NCBI GenBank assembly: GCA_002269645.1
Contig: NIVC01002805.1
Coordinates: 39,967 to 103,966 of the forward strand
DNA: 64,000 bases
Direction: 5' to 3'
Source of the DNA: Macrostomum lignano
Taxonomy: Eukaryota
Below the pieces are notes generated by a model. The model made no database searches. It worked only from the letters and a program-made list of their open reading frames with translations, and was not told where the DNA came from. Each line of letters begins with the position of its first letter. Positions within the stretch are counted from its first letter, which is position 1. A program made the translations under genes and the position numbers. Positions 1 to 18,811 of this stretch are shown here, piece by piece.

Positions 1-232
1 AGAGAGATGAGAGAGAGGTGTAGAGAGATGAGAGAGAGATGTAGAGAGATGAGAGAGAAATGTAGAGAGATAATAGATAGATGTAGAGAGATGAGAGAGA
101 TGTGTAGAGAGATGAGAGAAAGGTATTGAGAGATATTGAGAGGGTTTAGACAGATGTTTAGAGTGATGAGAAAGGAGTAGATGAAAAAAAAATTTATGTA
201 GAAATTCGAAGAATCTTTTTGAAATATCTTTT
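1..232. repeat. GA-rich degenerate simple repeat
   Basis: Imperfect (GA)n / AGAGAGATGT units. Confidence 0.85.
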
Positions 233-371
233 AGTTTAAAAGTGCAAAACAATTAAAGCGAAGCATTTTCCGGTATATATCGAAGTAAACTTAGCAAAGC
301 ATAAAGTACAACACGAGTTGGCATTTAGCATAGCAACATACGTTTTTATTGCAGTCCTCTTATCGTATCTT

Positions 372-372
372 T

Positions 373-434
<62 letters not shown>
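372..434. repeat. (CT)n microsatellite
   Basis: Perfect CT dinucleotide run. Confidence 0.95.
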
Positions 435-437
<3 letters not shown>

Positions 438-610
438 TCACTCTCAACTGTCATAAAAATTTGTTAAACGTTGATAAAGTCAAAAGTTTACTTCGGCAGC
501 AGTGTTCTTGTCGATCAAAAACACACGCATACAGTCAGGTAAATAAGGACATTACCGAGCCATAAAGTAGTTATTGATAATTACCGCTTGTTGCTGCTTC
601 GGGCGTTAGT

Positions 611-6447
<5,837 letters not shown>

Positions 6448-7117
6448 GCACAGATTGCAGTGTCGAGCTTGTAGTAGTGAAGAGACATGAAGAGAGACAT
6501 TTTATTTATGTAACTTGATTGATCTGATAATACTTTTCCCTGTGTAGTCATGCGTAAAATAAACAAATATTTGCGGGAGGCAAGCTAAACTTTTGAAATT
6601 CTGGTATGGTTTCAAGTTTCCAATATTAAAGTTATTAGATCACGGACTAATTACTCGTAAGTAGACGACTTACATGTACATGTATATGCTCGTAAAATAT
6701 ACCTAAATAGTCCGTGCATTAAAAATAAATGTAAACTCACCTTGAGTCGATTCGAGTACTGTGCACTCGACTTGGCAAACTGCCAATCAAGTAAAATTAT
6801 CTAGTTTTCTTTATTTTTGCCTGAGAGCTATTTGATAGCTTAGTTTATAATAGTTGTTTTCTTGTTTTCTTGTTTCAGCTTAGCCAGCGTTAATTTGAGA
6901 CACTTAAATAATAGAGACTTTAATTAGAAGGGTTTAGCAGTCATATGGGTTTATTAATAAATCTTGACTTGATCAACAGAGGTTGCATGTGACCATTAGT
7001 CAGTGTTGAGCGACAGTCGGTAGCTTTGACCGACTTCTAGCTGAGGGTAATCAGCTGGTCCGGTTTGGGTTAACTTACTCCGAAAGTGAGCAAAAGCTGA
7101 CCACAATTGCTGGTCTC

Positions 7118-7705
7118 CCTAAATCCCTGCAGTGTGTGTCCTTAGATCCTGCAGTTTGTGTCTTTAATCCTGCAGTGTGTGTGTGCTTAAATCCCTGCAG
7201 TGTGTCCTTAAATCCCTGCAGTGTGTGTCTTTAATCCTGCAGTTTGTGTCTTTGAATCCTGCAGTATGTGTCCTTAAATCCTGCAGTGTGTGTCCTTAGA
7301 TCCTGCAGTTTGTGTCTTTGAATCCTGCAGTGTGTGTGTCCTTAAATCCTGCAGTGTGTGTCCTTAGATTCTGCAGTTTGTGTCTTTGAATCCTGCAGTA
7401 TGTGTCCTTAAATCCCTGCAGTGTGTGCGTCCTTAAATCACTGCAGTGTGTGCGTCCTTAAATCCCTGCAGTGTGTGTGTCCGTAAATCCTGCAGTGTGT
7501 GTCCTTAGATCCTGCAGTTTGTGTCTTTAAATCCTGCAGTGTGTGTGTCCTTAAATCCTGCAGTGCGTGTGTCCTTAAATCCCTGCAGTATGTGCGTCCT
7601 TAAATCCCTGCAATGTGCAGTGTGTCCTTAAATCCCTGCAATGTGTAGTGTGTCCTTAAATCCCAAAATTTGTGTCCCTAAATCTCGCAGTGTGTGTCCT
7701 TAGTC
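7118..7705. repeat. ~23-25-bp minisatellite (AAATCCCTGCAGTGTGTGTCCTT)n
   Basis: Tandem imperfect copies. Confidence 0.92.
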
Positions 7706-8619
7706 TCCGTAAAGTATGTCCTTTGTGCCCTTTTGTTACTGAAATGTGCGTGTTTATTCCTTGCAGTTCACATTAGACCTCCTTAATAACTTTTGATGCT
7801 ATAGCAAAGGCTATAGTCACCATTCCTACAGTCACTCCAGACTCTGTCTAAATGACCAATTAGGTAAACATTGTTAAGAACTTGTTTCTCACGGCCTGCA
7901 ATTGTTGAACAAAGTTATAGCCAAGTCGATCGTTATTCTGTTTATTTTAGCTCGAGAATGAGGTCTGCACTGGGCGGTGTTGTAAAAATGATACCTTAGC
8001 ATGAATTATTTTAGTGACAGCCAACAACCGTGTGAACTAGTTCTTTATACTCGTAACATTTGCATTTTATTAACTGAAAAGGGCTGTCAGATAGATAGGC
8101 GTTCGACTTTTGCGCTCATATCAAATTTACAGTTGCAATAAAATATATTATCTAGCAGGACAATATGCTAAATTATGGGCCAATTTTCACAAGCAGTCTC
8201 GTGAAAATTTCAATGGAATTGCATGAAAAGCTGCAATGAGGTGGAGATATGAAAAAAATAGTTGAGTCGGGATTTTATCTGCAAAAAAAGAGTCAATTTA
8301 TCACCTGTACAATGGGAGTCAGCGTTGAGTTCGGTTTCACGACTGAACTTCCAATCAAACGAATGCCAACGCTTGAACATACATGTACATGCGCGTCACC
8401 CGGCCGAGGCACAGGCAAAGTACTAAATAGATGACGAGGCATTTAGTCATACATATAAAGTTATAGTTTCTCTTGCCGTTTACTCAAAATTACGTCAATT
8501 TTGCTGTTTCTCTTTTTTTGCTAAGTCGACTGATCGCCTAAAGTCCTCCCTAAAGAGCCCTCGCTAATTAACCTAAGGTAAGAAACTTTGAAGCCATAAT
8601 TTACAGGAAACCATGCAGT

Positions 8620-9929
8620 CTAGCTGCAAGCATCAACTGGCGCGGACGGCTGCGGCAGGAGGCGCATCAGAAAGGACGCCCGCCAACTCGGCGCGTTCGA
8701 CGACGGCTTCTTAGAGGCGTCTTCGTCGAAGTCGAACTCGCTCAGCTTCTCTTCTTCATCAGCGTCGGGCAAGTAGCTTGACTGCAGAGCCAGCAGCTGC
8801 GCCAGAGCTGAGAACCGCTCGAGTTCGAGTTCGCCTCCGGCCAGCAGCTCCTCGGCGAGCCGGCGAATCAGCGCGGCTCGGTCGCCGCCTTCAAAGCAGC
8901 CGCCTTCGCGCAGCAGGCCGCGCTGGGCCGCCTCCGGAGACGCGAATCGCCTGGAGGTCCGTCGCAGCAGAGCCAGGCAGCGGGCCGCAGACAAAACCCA
9001 ATCGACCAGCAGCCTGGCGGTAGGAGACTGGGCCGCCTCATCCGACTCAGCCAGCAGCTGCATCAGCGGCCGGCCCAGCCGCGGCTTGCTCAGCAGATTC
9101 AGCAGTTCGTCGCTGAGAACCGCTGGGTTCCACCGCCGAAGCCGGCCGACCAGTCCGCCAGCGCCGCGGCCAATCAGCACCCGGCGTCCCTCGGTGCTCA
9201 GCCGGAGTTCCATGCCGTGCTCGTCATTGTTGTTGAAGTCCAGGCTGGGCTGGTTGCCTAGCAACAGGGCAGCAACCGCTTGGGTCAGCAGCCGGAGCCG
9301 GTGCTGCCTCGAACGGAAAGCGACGTCGCTGAGCTCGGTGGTCGAGGCGCCGGCTATGAGGCGCTGGCGAGCCGCCTCAGCGGCCTCAGTCGCCTCCTGA
9401 TATTTGAGCATCGCCAGAACCTCCGGCCTGCTCAAATCTTGCCAGAGGCTGTGCAGGATGTCGCCGTCCAGATCGGCGTCCTCGGAAGGGCAGCGGCCGA
9501 GCGCCGACATCGCCGCGTCGGTGAAGGCCGTCACGAAACGGAAATCGGCGGCCAGGACGGCTTCTTCGCTCTGGTCGGCGGGTCGACGGTTTTTGGTGAG
9601 GAAAATCGCGGCGTCCGCCAGGTTGAGGACGGCCTGATCGCAGGTGAGCTGCAACAACGTCTGAATCACGTGGTTGAGCATCCGGAACAGGCGGCTGAAC
9701 TCCGGCGACGGGCAGCAGCTGTCTGGCAGCTGGTTCTCCATCATCATGAGGCTGAGCAGTCCGGCTGAGCAGCGAAGGTCGCGGCAGGCCTGAAGCATAG
9801 CGGCGCATCGGTCTGACTCGTGCAGGTCGACCAGGTTAGCCAGGTAGGACTGCAGACAGGAGTCCAGCGGACTGTGCGGCTGCTGCAGGGTCAGGTGGGG
9901 ATGTGTCTGTCTGTCTCTGTCTGTCTGCC

Positions 9930-9972
<43 letters not shown>

Positions 9973-12900
9973 GTGTCTGTGTGTCTGTCTGTCTTAGTGT
10001 CTGTCTGTCTGTCCGTCTGTCTGTCTGTCCGTCTTAGTGTCTCTGTCTTCCCCCCTGTGTCTCTCACCTGAGTCTCTCGCAGCACCATCTCCCGGAACAG
10101 GGTGGCGCAGACCTCAACCACCAGGCAGTCGTTGACATCGCCCCAGTCCCACTGACCGCCCCTGTCGTGCTGGTGCAGGCACTGGACCGGCGACTCGTCC
10201 AGCGCGGTCAGCTGCCGGGTCGCCTCCGCCTGAAGCCGCTGTCTGAGTCGGTCGCGCGTTTCGCTGAACAGTGGCGGACTGAGCCGGAAGATGCCGGCCA
10301 AGCCTGCCAGCAGGTGTCGATCGGCCACCGGCTGCAGCTGGCCGACGGTGTGGCTGAGCAGGACGATGATGTTCGCCAGCAGGCCGGAGACGTCGGCCAG
10401 CCGTCGAAAATCCGAGCGAGTCTCCGAGATCACGTGACGAGCGACTGTGTACAACGAGGCGAGGCCTTCGCGAGTGGGAACGCGCTGATTTTCGCGAAGG
10501 CAGATCACGTGACCGTAAGCGGAATAAAACACGAACTGGACAACCTCAGGTGGGCAGAGGTTCGCTTTGAGGTTCAAGATGAGGCGTCGGCCTTCTCTGG
10601 TTGGCGGGGGGGAGGGTAAAGTGAGGTTCGAATTCTGTCTGGGACAAATGGTCTTTTGTCTGCCTGTCTTAGTGTCTGCCTGTCTTAGCGTCTGCCTGTC
10701 TTAGCGTCTGCCTGTCTTAGTATCTGCCTGTCTTAGTGTCTGCCTGTCTTAGTGTCTGCCTGTCTTAGTGTCTGCCTGTCTTAGTATCTGCCTGTCTTAG
10801 TGTCTGCCTGTCTTAGCGTCTGCCTGTCTTAGTGTCTGCTTGTCTTAGTGTCTGCCTGTCTTAGTGTCTGCCTGTCTTAGCGTCTGCCTGTCTTAGTGTC
10901 TGCCTGTCTTAGTATCTGCCTGTCTTAGTGTCTACCTGTCTTAGTATCTGCCTGTCTTAGTGTCTGCCTGTTTTAGTGTCTGCCTGTCTTAGTGTCTGCC
11001 TGTCTTAGTATCTGCCTGTCTTAGTGTCTGCCTGTCTTAGTGTCTGCCTGTCTTAGCGTCTGCCTGTCTTAGTGTCTGTGTGTCAGTCTCTGCCTGTCTT
11101 AGTGTCTGCCTGTATTAGTTTCTGCCTGTCTGCCTGTCTGCCTGTCTTAGTGTCTGCCTGTCTTAGTGTCTGTGTGTCAGTCTCTGCCTGTCTTAGTATC
11201 TGCCTGTCTTAGTGTCTGCCTGTCTTAGTGTCTGCCTGTCTTAGCGTCTGCCTGTCTTAGTGTTTGCCTGTCTTAGTGTCTGCCTGTCTTAGCGTCTGCC
11301 TGTCTTAGTGTCTGCCTGTCTTAGTATCTGCCTGTCTTAGTGTCTACCTGTCTTAGTATCTGCCTGTCTTAGTGTCTGCCTGTCTTAGTGTCTGCCTGTC
11401 TTAGTGTCTGCCTGTCTTAGTATCTGCCTGTCTTAGTGTCTGCCTGTCTTAGTGTCTGCCTGTCTTAGCGTCTGCCTGTCTTAGTGTCTGTGTGTCAGTC
11501 TCTGCCTGTCTTAGTGTCTGCCTGTCTTAGCGTCTGCCTGTCTTAGTGTCTGCCTGTCTTAGTGTCTATGTGTCAGTCTCTGCCTGTCTTAGTGTCTGCC
11601 TGTCTTAGTGTCTGTGTGTCAGTCTCTGCCTGTCTTAGTGTCTGCCTGTCTTAGTGTCTGCCTGTCTTAGTGTCTGCCTGTCTTAGTATCTGCCTGTCTT
11701 AGTGTCTGCCTGTCTTAGTATCTGCCTGTCTTAGCGTCTGCCTGTCTTAGTGTCTGCCTGTCTTAGTGTCTGCCTGTCTTAGTGTCTGTGTGTCAGTCTC
11801 TGCCTGTCTTAGTGTCTGCCTGTATTAGTTTCTGCCTGTCTGCCTGTCTGCCTGTTTGTCTGTCTGTCTGTCTGTCTGCCTGTCTGCCTGTCGCCATCTA
11901 TCTAATAGTTCCTGGCTATTGAATTTCAAAGCACTCCAACTCACCTGGTCAGCTGCTTCTTGGGCGGCCACTGCCCGCTCCGGTACAGCGGCACGAAGTC
12001 GCCCATCAGAAAGGAGTGGCAGGGCGTCGTTGCCGTCCCGTTTGCAGCGTCAGCCAGCCGCAGGTGCAGGTCGACCCCGATGCCGCAGGCCTGGGCAAGC
12101 AGCAGGAAGGCGGCCTCCGGGCAGGCGGGCCGCCACACCAAGCCGCCGCCGTTGGGCACCAGGAACGGGCAGAGGCAGGCGCGGCGCCGCCGGACGGAGG
12201 CCCAGTCCACCGGCACCATCAGCACTGGCGACCAGCAGCGCACCACCGACTTGTCGGAGAGGGCCGCCAACCTGAACTGTGCCGCTCGCCACTGCGCAAA
12301 CTTGGCCAGGCCGTGTCGAATGTCGGCGTCTGGCAGGCCGCAGCCGGCACAGCCGGCCGACGCTGCGGTGGCGAACGCCTCCGACAATTGATTGACGCAC
12401 TGCTGGCCGTCACTGCAGGCTGCCTGCCGGGCAAGCATCCGGCTGCGGAGCTCGTCCGGTGCAGCAGCGGCCGTCGGCTGCGACCTGCCGCCGCTGTCGC
12501 CGCTTCTCAAGCCGAGGAACTCGTCCCGGTAGAAACTGTGCAGCATCTCAAAAGTTCGTCTGCCGCCTGACCTCTAGCTAACACCGCCCCTGGCGGTTAA
12601 ACAAAACGATGATAAATAAAGCTTCGGTTTATGATGAAAGGCCTGTCTTAACAGTTGCAACTGGTCTGCCCAGACACGCTGTTGCCGCCTGGACTGCTAA
12701 ATTTACTGTATTCTCTACTAGACTTCTTGTCCTCAGCAGACAACTCGGCTATCGTCTCTTATTGTTTAAAGTTAACAGTTGTTAGCGGTCAAAACAGCGA
12801 TAGAAATGCTCAGATAAAGCACTGGAGCATTGCAGCTTGGGAGTTGATCTGAAATAGGGTTGGACCTTAAGTAAGGGGGGTTGCGGACCCCCCCCCACCC

Positions 12901-13533
12901 CCAACCCAAAGGGAGGCTTGAGTCTCTCTAAAAACAAAACTATCAAGTAAGGGGGGTACGTAAAATGAGACGGGGGTCGAGACGAGCATTGGGGGCTGGG
13001 ACGAGATTTGAGCTGTTAATAAAAAAACTTTGCTTGTTTCAGACAGCACAGTCAACCGTTGCGCGCAGACAAAAACATTTCTCCAGGTAAACAGACAGAG
13101 AGACAGCCCTGTCTGACCTGTAGAGTCTCTCTCACACAGTGACACAACTCGCAATGACTGGTCTCTCTAATTCGTGTCTGCTTTCGAGGAGAGCAGAGAT
13201 TTGTTCTTAACAAACCGCCCTCCCCTGCCCCAAGCAGCCCAGACAGATTTCTCACTGTTCCAAAGCATTGCAATATAGCAGCAGAAATTTCCGGCCTAGG
13301 GCAATAGTCGAGGCGCTCGTTAATTGCTTTAAGCTTGTAAACAACATTTAGGAGGCGTTTAGGGTCTTCCAAGAATAATATTTTTTGTTATAAACCGATC
13401 CCAGCTGATCCCAGATCCCAGTTTGGCAGTAAACGACCTTATGGGTAGCGCTACGTTCAAAGTGAATTGCAAGGCCAGTTGGGTCAAACACATTGATAAA
13501 AGTTAAGCAGTATTTACTGCGGTTAGTAGGCAT
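8620..13533 (-). CDS. Uncharacterised, predominantly helical protein (~945 aa from ATG 13533; may extend further 5')
   Basis: Exons 13118-13533 (acceptor at 13566; needs +1 A in a 6-A run near 13381-13386), 11945-12573, 10068-10596, 8620-9882. The three 3' exons are GC-rich long ORFs with phase-consistent GT-AG junctions (LTR|EGRRL, ETQ|QPHSP). No family recognised. The AT-richer first exon is less certain. Confidence 0.65.
9902..10045. repeat. (TCTG)n intronic microsatellite
   Basis: Direct reading. Confidence 0.9.
10660..11880. repeat. 16-bp minisatellite (GTGTCTGCCTGTCTTA)n, intronic
   Basis: About 75 tandem copies. Confidence 0.95.
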
Positions 13534-13812
13534 AGTAAAAGTTTGTGCTGATAAACCTACTACTGACTGAAAGTAGAATATAATGCACAAGTCTTTTGGT
13601 AAAATCTATAGTCAGTGCAACAACACGTTTTGAAATTGAGGTGAACAGATTTTTTATTTTAGTAACGAAATATCGACACAGAATGTTTTATTGTTACGCA
13701 TCTGCTTCTGCTATAAATTCACAGGAAAATTGTCAATGAAAAATTTTAGTATACTTCGATTAGACTGAATCACCCTTGCGATTCCCGTACATCTGCGGGG
13801 AAACTTTTAAAC

Positions 13813-16800
13813 TCAAACTCGAGAAATTCTTGCAGGCATTTGCACAGGGTACTGCGGCCGCTGCCAGTGCTGGTGCTGGTGCTGGTGCTGGTGCTGGTGC
13901 TGGTGATGGTTTTGTAGCTGGTGCTCATCGGGTTCTAAATCAAATCCTGAATTGGTTCGAGCGGCCACCCTGGCAACCGATTTCTTTCTAGCCTGCATCT
14001 GAGCTACCGAGCGGGGCAGCGCTGCCGCTCGGGTTCGATTCCTGTGCAGCAGCATTCCGAGCATGGTGACGATGTGCAGGCAGAGTTCGGCCATCTCGCA
14101 CAGAGTCAACACGCTGATGCCCATGTAGAGGCCAAGGATGCCGCCGATGTCCGAGAACAGGTCGGAAAGCTCGTAGGCTGCACTCTCGTCCGTACTGACC
14201 CCAAGGCCCTGCGCGGACAGTTTTGCGGTGAAATATTTGGTTGGTTGGTTGGTTGGTTGGTTGGTTGGTTGGTTGGTTGGTTGGTTGGTTGGTTGGTTGG
14301 TTGGTTGGTTGGTTGGTTGGTTGGTTGGTTGGTTGGTTGGTTGGTTGGTTGGTTGGTTGGTTGGTTGGTTGGTTGGTTGGTTGGTTGGTTGGTTGGTTGG
14401 TTGGTTGGTTGGTTGGTTGGTTGGTTGGTTGGTTGGTTGGTTGGTTGGTTGGTTGGTTGGTTGGTTGGTACAACGGAATACCCTATGGAAAACCCTCAGA
14501 GTTGCAACCAACCTGCGAGTCACCAATGCGAAACCGCAACGCCAGAAAATTATTCGAATTTGCGCCGCTTCCGTTCAGTCGTTTGTAGGCGTCGTACAGA
14601 TTCCAGTTCGTCCGTCGAATGAACTCTTCATTGACTGACAGGTTAGCCTTGTTGGCCCCGTTCAGGTAGAACACGTTGGATTGAAGCCAACGTTGCACCT
14701 GCGGCTGTAGGAACTCGACGCTGCCCACCGGCCAGAGGTTCGGCATCACACTAGTGGAGTAGACCTTGGCCTGGCAGCTGTCCAAGCACAGCTGGTTCTG
14801 GGAATCGTTGCTAGCTATGACCCTGGAGGGAGACAGGACGTTTTCACCTGTTAGACAGGATAGTTTCATCTGTTATGCAGGATAATGTCACCCGTTAGAC
14901 AGAATAGTGTCCCCTGTTAGACAGAGTATAGTGTCACATGTTAGACAGGAAAAATTTCGCCAGAAAGGATAGTCAGAAAGGATAATTGTCGCCTGTTTAG
15001 ACAGGACGGTGTCACCTGTTAGACAGGACGGTGTCACCTGTTAGACAGGACGGTGTTACCTGTTAGACAGGACGGTATCCCCTGTTAGACAGGACGGTGT
15101 CACCTGTTAGACAGAACGGTGTCACCTGTTAGACAGGACGGTGTCACCTGTTAGACAGGACGGTGTCACCTGTTAGACAGGACGGTGTCACCTGTTAGAC
15201 AGGACGGTGTCACCTGTTACCTGGCAAATCGCAGGCAGATCTCCTGATCAAGCAGGGTGTCAAGAATCGCTGGCAGCTCCGCAGCGGTTGACACGTTGGC
15301 CCGCTTGAACACCTGGTAGATGAAGGTGATGAGGTCGGTGGGCTGCAGGGGCCGGCCGCTGGGGCTGTTGATCAGCAGGTTGGACAGATTGCCCCTCCTT
15401 GGCCGATCGCTCAGGGCCAGACTCAACGGGAGGCTGGGATCGATGAAGCCGCATTTTTGTAATAAAATTTTCTGAGTCACGTCAACGTAACAGTCGGCTA
15501 GTTGGGTTTGGTATCGCTCTGGTTGAGTCGTGCGGTTCACGATAGCCAGGTACTGCACCGACTCGTCAGACTCTGAGCAACGGTAGTTTCGCGTGTTCTT
15601 CGACGTGTACACCTGGGCGGGTTAGAGTTGGATTGGTAATTAATGAGTTGCGAGTGTAGCTGTGGGGAAAAGTTATTGGCTTTGGGTCCGTACCGGTATG
15701 TCATGAAGATTGCTTTTAGGTCAATGTGGGTCATTATGATTACTTTTAGGCCAATGTAGGTCATAAGGATTGCTTTTGGGTCAATGTGGGTCATTAGGAT
15801 TGCTTTTGGGTCAATGTGGGTCATTATGATTACTTGGGTCAATGTGGGTCATTAGGATTGCTTTTGGGTCAATTTGGGTCATTAGGATTGCTTTTGGGTC
15901 AATGTGGGTCATTAGGATAGGATTGCTTTTGGATCAATGTGGGTCATTAGGATTGCTTTTGGGTCAATGTAGGTCAATAGGATTGCTTTTGGGTCAATGT
16001 AGGTCAATAGGATTGCTTTTGGGTCAATTTGGGTCATTAGGATTGCTTTTGGGTCAATGTAGGTCAATAGGATAGGATTGCTTTTGGATCAATGTAGGTC
16101 AATAGGATAGGATTGCTTTTGGATCAATGTAGGTCATTAGGATTGCTTTTGGGTCAATGTAGGTAAATAGGATAGCCTTTGGGTCAATGTACTCGTAAGT
16201 CATTAGGATTGCTTTTGGGTCAATGTAGGTCAATAGGATTGCTTTTGGGTCAATGTAGGTCAATAGGATTGCTTTTGGGTCAATGTGGGTTATTAGGATT
16301 GCTTTTGGGTCAATGTGGGTCATTAGGATAGGATTGCTTTTGGATCAATGTAGGTCATTAGGATTGCTTTTGGGTCAATGTGGGTCATTAGGATTGCTTT
16401 TGTGTCAATGTGGGTCATTAGGATTGCTTTTGGGTTAATGTGGGTCATTATGATTACTTTTGTGTCAATGTGGGTCATTAGGATTGCTTTTGGGTCAAAT
16501 TTAGTCATTAGGATTGTTACGGGTCAATGTGGATTATTCCAATATTTTAGGCCAAAGTCAACCTGATAGCGAATATCCACGATTGTCTCCCTACTGGCCG
16601 GCGCTTCAATGCGACTTCCCAGAGTGGGATAAGTGCTTGGCTGGTGAACAAAGACCACCGCGCCGCCCTGGCCCTGCATGTTGAACCAGTCGCCAGGCAG
16701 GAGCTGCAGCGTGTCCGTGACGAGCTGGCTGGGGTGGTAGGAGTCCGTGAACAGCACCAGTCTCAGCTCGCCAAGGCTGTTAACAGAAATATTCGGCCGC

Positions 16801-18811
16801 CGACTGAGAAAGTTGCTCGGGCTGAACGTCATGCAGGACGGGAATGTTGACAGGCCGAATTCTTTGAAGTCCAGGAAGTCGCACGCGATGGAGCTGTAGG
16901 TGCAGAACAGAAGCATCTGGCGGGGCTCGGCGCTGAACCGCGACAGAAACGGAGCTCCGTAGGTGTCCCGGATGGCGAGGTCTGAGTAATGAATTGTGGG
17001 GAGCATGCATGGTGGATTAGTGCTGGGTCATGGGTGTCAGTGAGGGTCATGGGTGTCAGTGAGGATCATAGAAGGGCCGGTGGACAATCTTAGAGGGTCA
17101 GTGAAGGTTATGGAGGGTCAGTGAAGGTCATGGAGGGTCAGTGAAAATCATTAGAAGATCAGTGAGGATCATAGAGAGTCAGTGAGGGTCATGAAGGGTC
17201 ATAGAGGGTCAGTGAGGATCTTAGAGGGTCAGTGAAAATCATGGAGAATCAGTGAGGATCATAGAGAGTCAGTGAGGGTCATGAAGGGTCAGTGAGGGTC
17301 ATGAAGGGTCAGTGAGGGTCATGAAGGGTCATTGAGGGTCAGTGAGGATCTTAGAGGGTCAGTGAAAATCATGGAGGGTCACTGAGAATCATGGAGAGTC
17401 AGTGATCGGTCATAAAGGGTCAGTGAAGATCATGTAGAATGAATCAGTGATGGCTCATAGAGGATCAGTAATGGGTTATGAAAGGTCAGTGAAAATCATA
17501 GAGGTTTTGTATCAGTTTTCTTTAAGCAAGGCTGCAAACTTTGCAATAAAAAGAAACGTAGTTGTATGAACCTGCTCACAGCTGGCTCTGAGTGGCCTGC
17601 GCTCATTTCACTCGTTTTACAATTAAGTGCAATTGAAACCAGTTTCATTTGAGTGAAACTGCACAGGCCAAGGCCGCTGCTGCATTGATGCACGTCAGTG
17701 CCCTGCCCCCCTGCTCTGAGACAGTCTGTACTTAGTTTGCTGACTCATTTCTTCTAGGTCTTTCCAGCTCACTTCTCTTGCTTTAACTGTGAAAAATCTG
17801 GATGCTGCAATCGAAGCCCTTAATTACATGGAAAAGGTACATGCAGCAAATCAGTCCCGAAAGCAGACTTATGAGGTGAGATTGAGGGTCCATGATGAGA
17901 TGATTAAAGATTTCTTGCTCAGATTACATATCAGTGTAGACTTTGCTCAAGAAATTAAAAATCTGTCTCTTGAGGCAGAAAAGTCAGTTAATGAATGGGG
18001 AGATGCTATGCAAACTGAAGCGGACCAAAGGTGAAACATGTCACTCAGCTCTGGGAGACAGGGACGACGTGATCATCCTTGAGACTAGTCAAGTCGCTGC
18101 TTTGAGATCGACACTCGATAGTCGTCAGGCATGTGCACTCTCTGTGCCTTAGGGGTTGGCTCTCTTGCCTGCGAGTCGTTCAACAACAAGCCCCGGGGCC
18201 GCAGCGCTGATCTGCCAGCACTCACTGGGCAAATTATAGACACCTTCATCCTCAATCCGCAGCAGATCGGAGTCCGATTCGTAATTGCCGTAGCTAAGCC
18301 GCAGATACTTCTTGACGCTGACCTCGAGAAATTCGCGCACTTTCAGCACGCTGTCCAGCACGGGCTGGAACTCTGGGTTCACCGTGTAGTTGTCGCCAGA
18401 CTTTTCAAACAGTTTGCTAACAGCGAACATCATCCTGTTGCACACGGTGATGTCCGGCGGCGCGTAGACGCTGCCTCGCGGATTGATCTTAGTCGAGGTC
18501 GGCTCGTCCCGGTACTTCACCACCAGGATGGAAAGGTGCACAATGATTCCGACGAATGCGGCAATGATGAGCACAATCCAGCCGATTTTGAAGTACCGAA
18601 CCGGATGGTTCAAGTGGTAAAATCCATGCGCTGTGGTGTTTGCGGCGAAGGTGCGCAGCGCTCGAAAAATGTCCCGAGTCCGGATGGCTTTGATGCGGGG
18701 AACCTGACTATAGCTGGCGATGCTTCCTGTGTCGTCTTGCTGTTTCTGCTGCTGCAGTTGCTGCCTCTGCTGGTCGCCGTTAGGTCCCGCTGCTTGGCAT
18801 GGAGTCTCCAT
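13813..18811 (-). CDS. DEG/ENaC (amiloride-sensitive sodium channel family) subunit, ~700 aa, 5 exons
   Basis: Exons 18226-18811, 16563-16981, 15221-15612, 14513-14822, 13813-14208 join in frame (2103 nt). Motifs: N-terminal [11 protein letters not shown]1, PDITVCN, Cys-rich ectodomain, pre-TM2/TM2 [22 protein letters not shown] with the G-x-S selectivity belt. Confidence 0.93.
14236..14470. repeat. (GGTT)n microsatellite in the last ENaC intron
   Basis: Perfect tetranucleotide run. Confidence 0.97.
14995..15218. repeat. 22-bp minisatellite (GACAGGACGGTGTCACCTGTTA)n
   Basis: About 10 copies abutting the 15221 donor. Confidence 0.93.
15700..16530. repeat. 30-bp minisatellite (GGGTCAATGTGGGTCATTAGGATTGCTTTT)n
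   Basis: Tandem imperfect copies in an ENaC intron. Confidence 0.93.
17030..17500. repeat. ~20-bp minisatellite (GTCAGTGAGGGTCATGAAGG)n
   Basis: Degenerate tandem copies. Confidence 0.85.

Noticed and set aside
9086-12570. Several plus-strand ORFs at 8.8-12.6 kb
   Set aside because: They are antisense shadows of GC-rich minus-strand exons.
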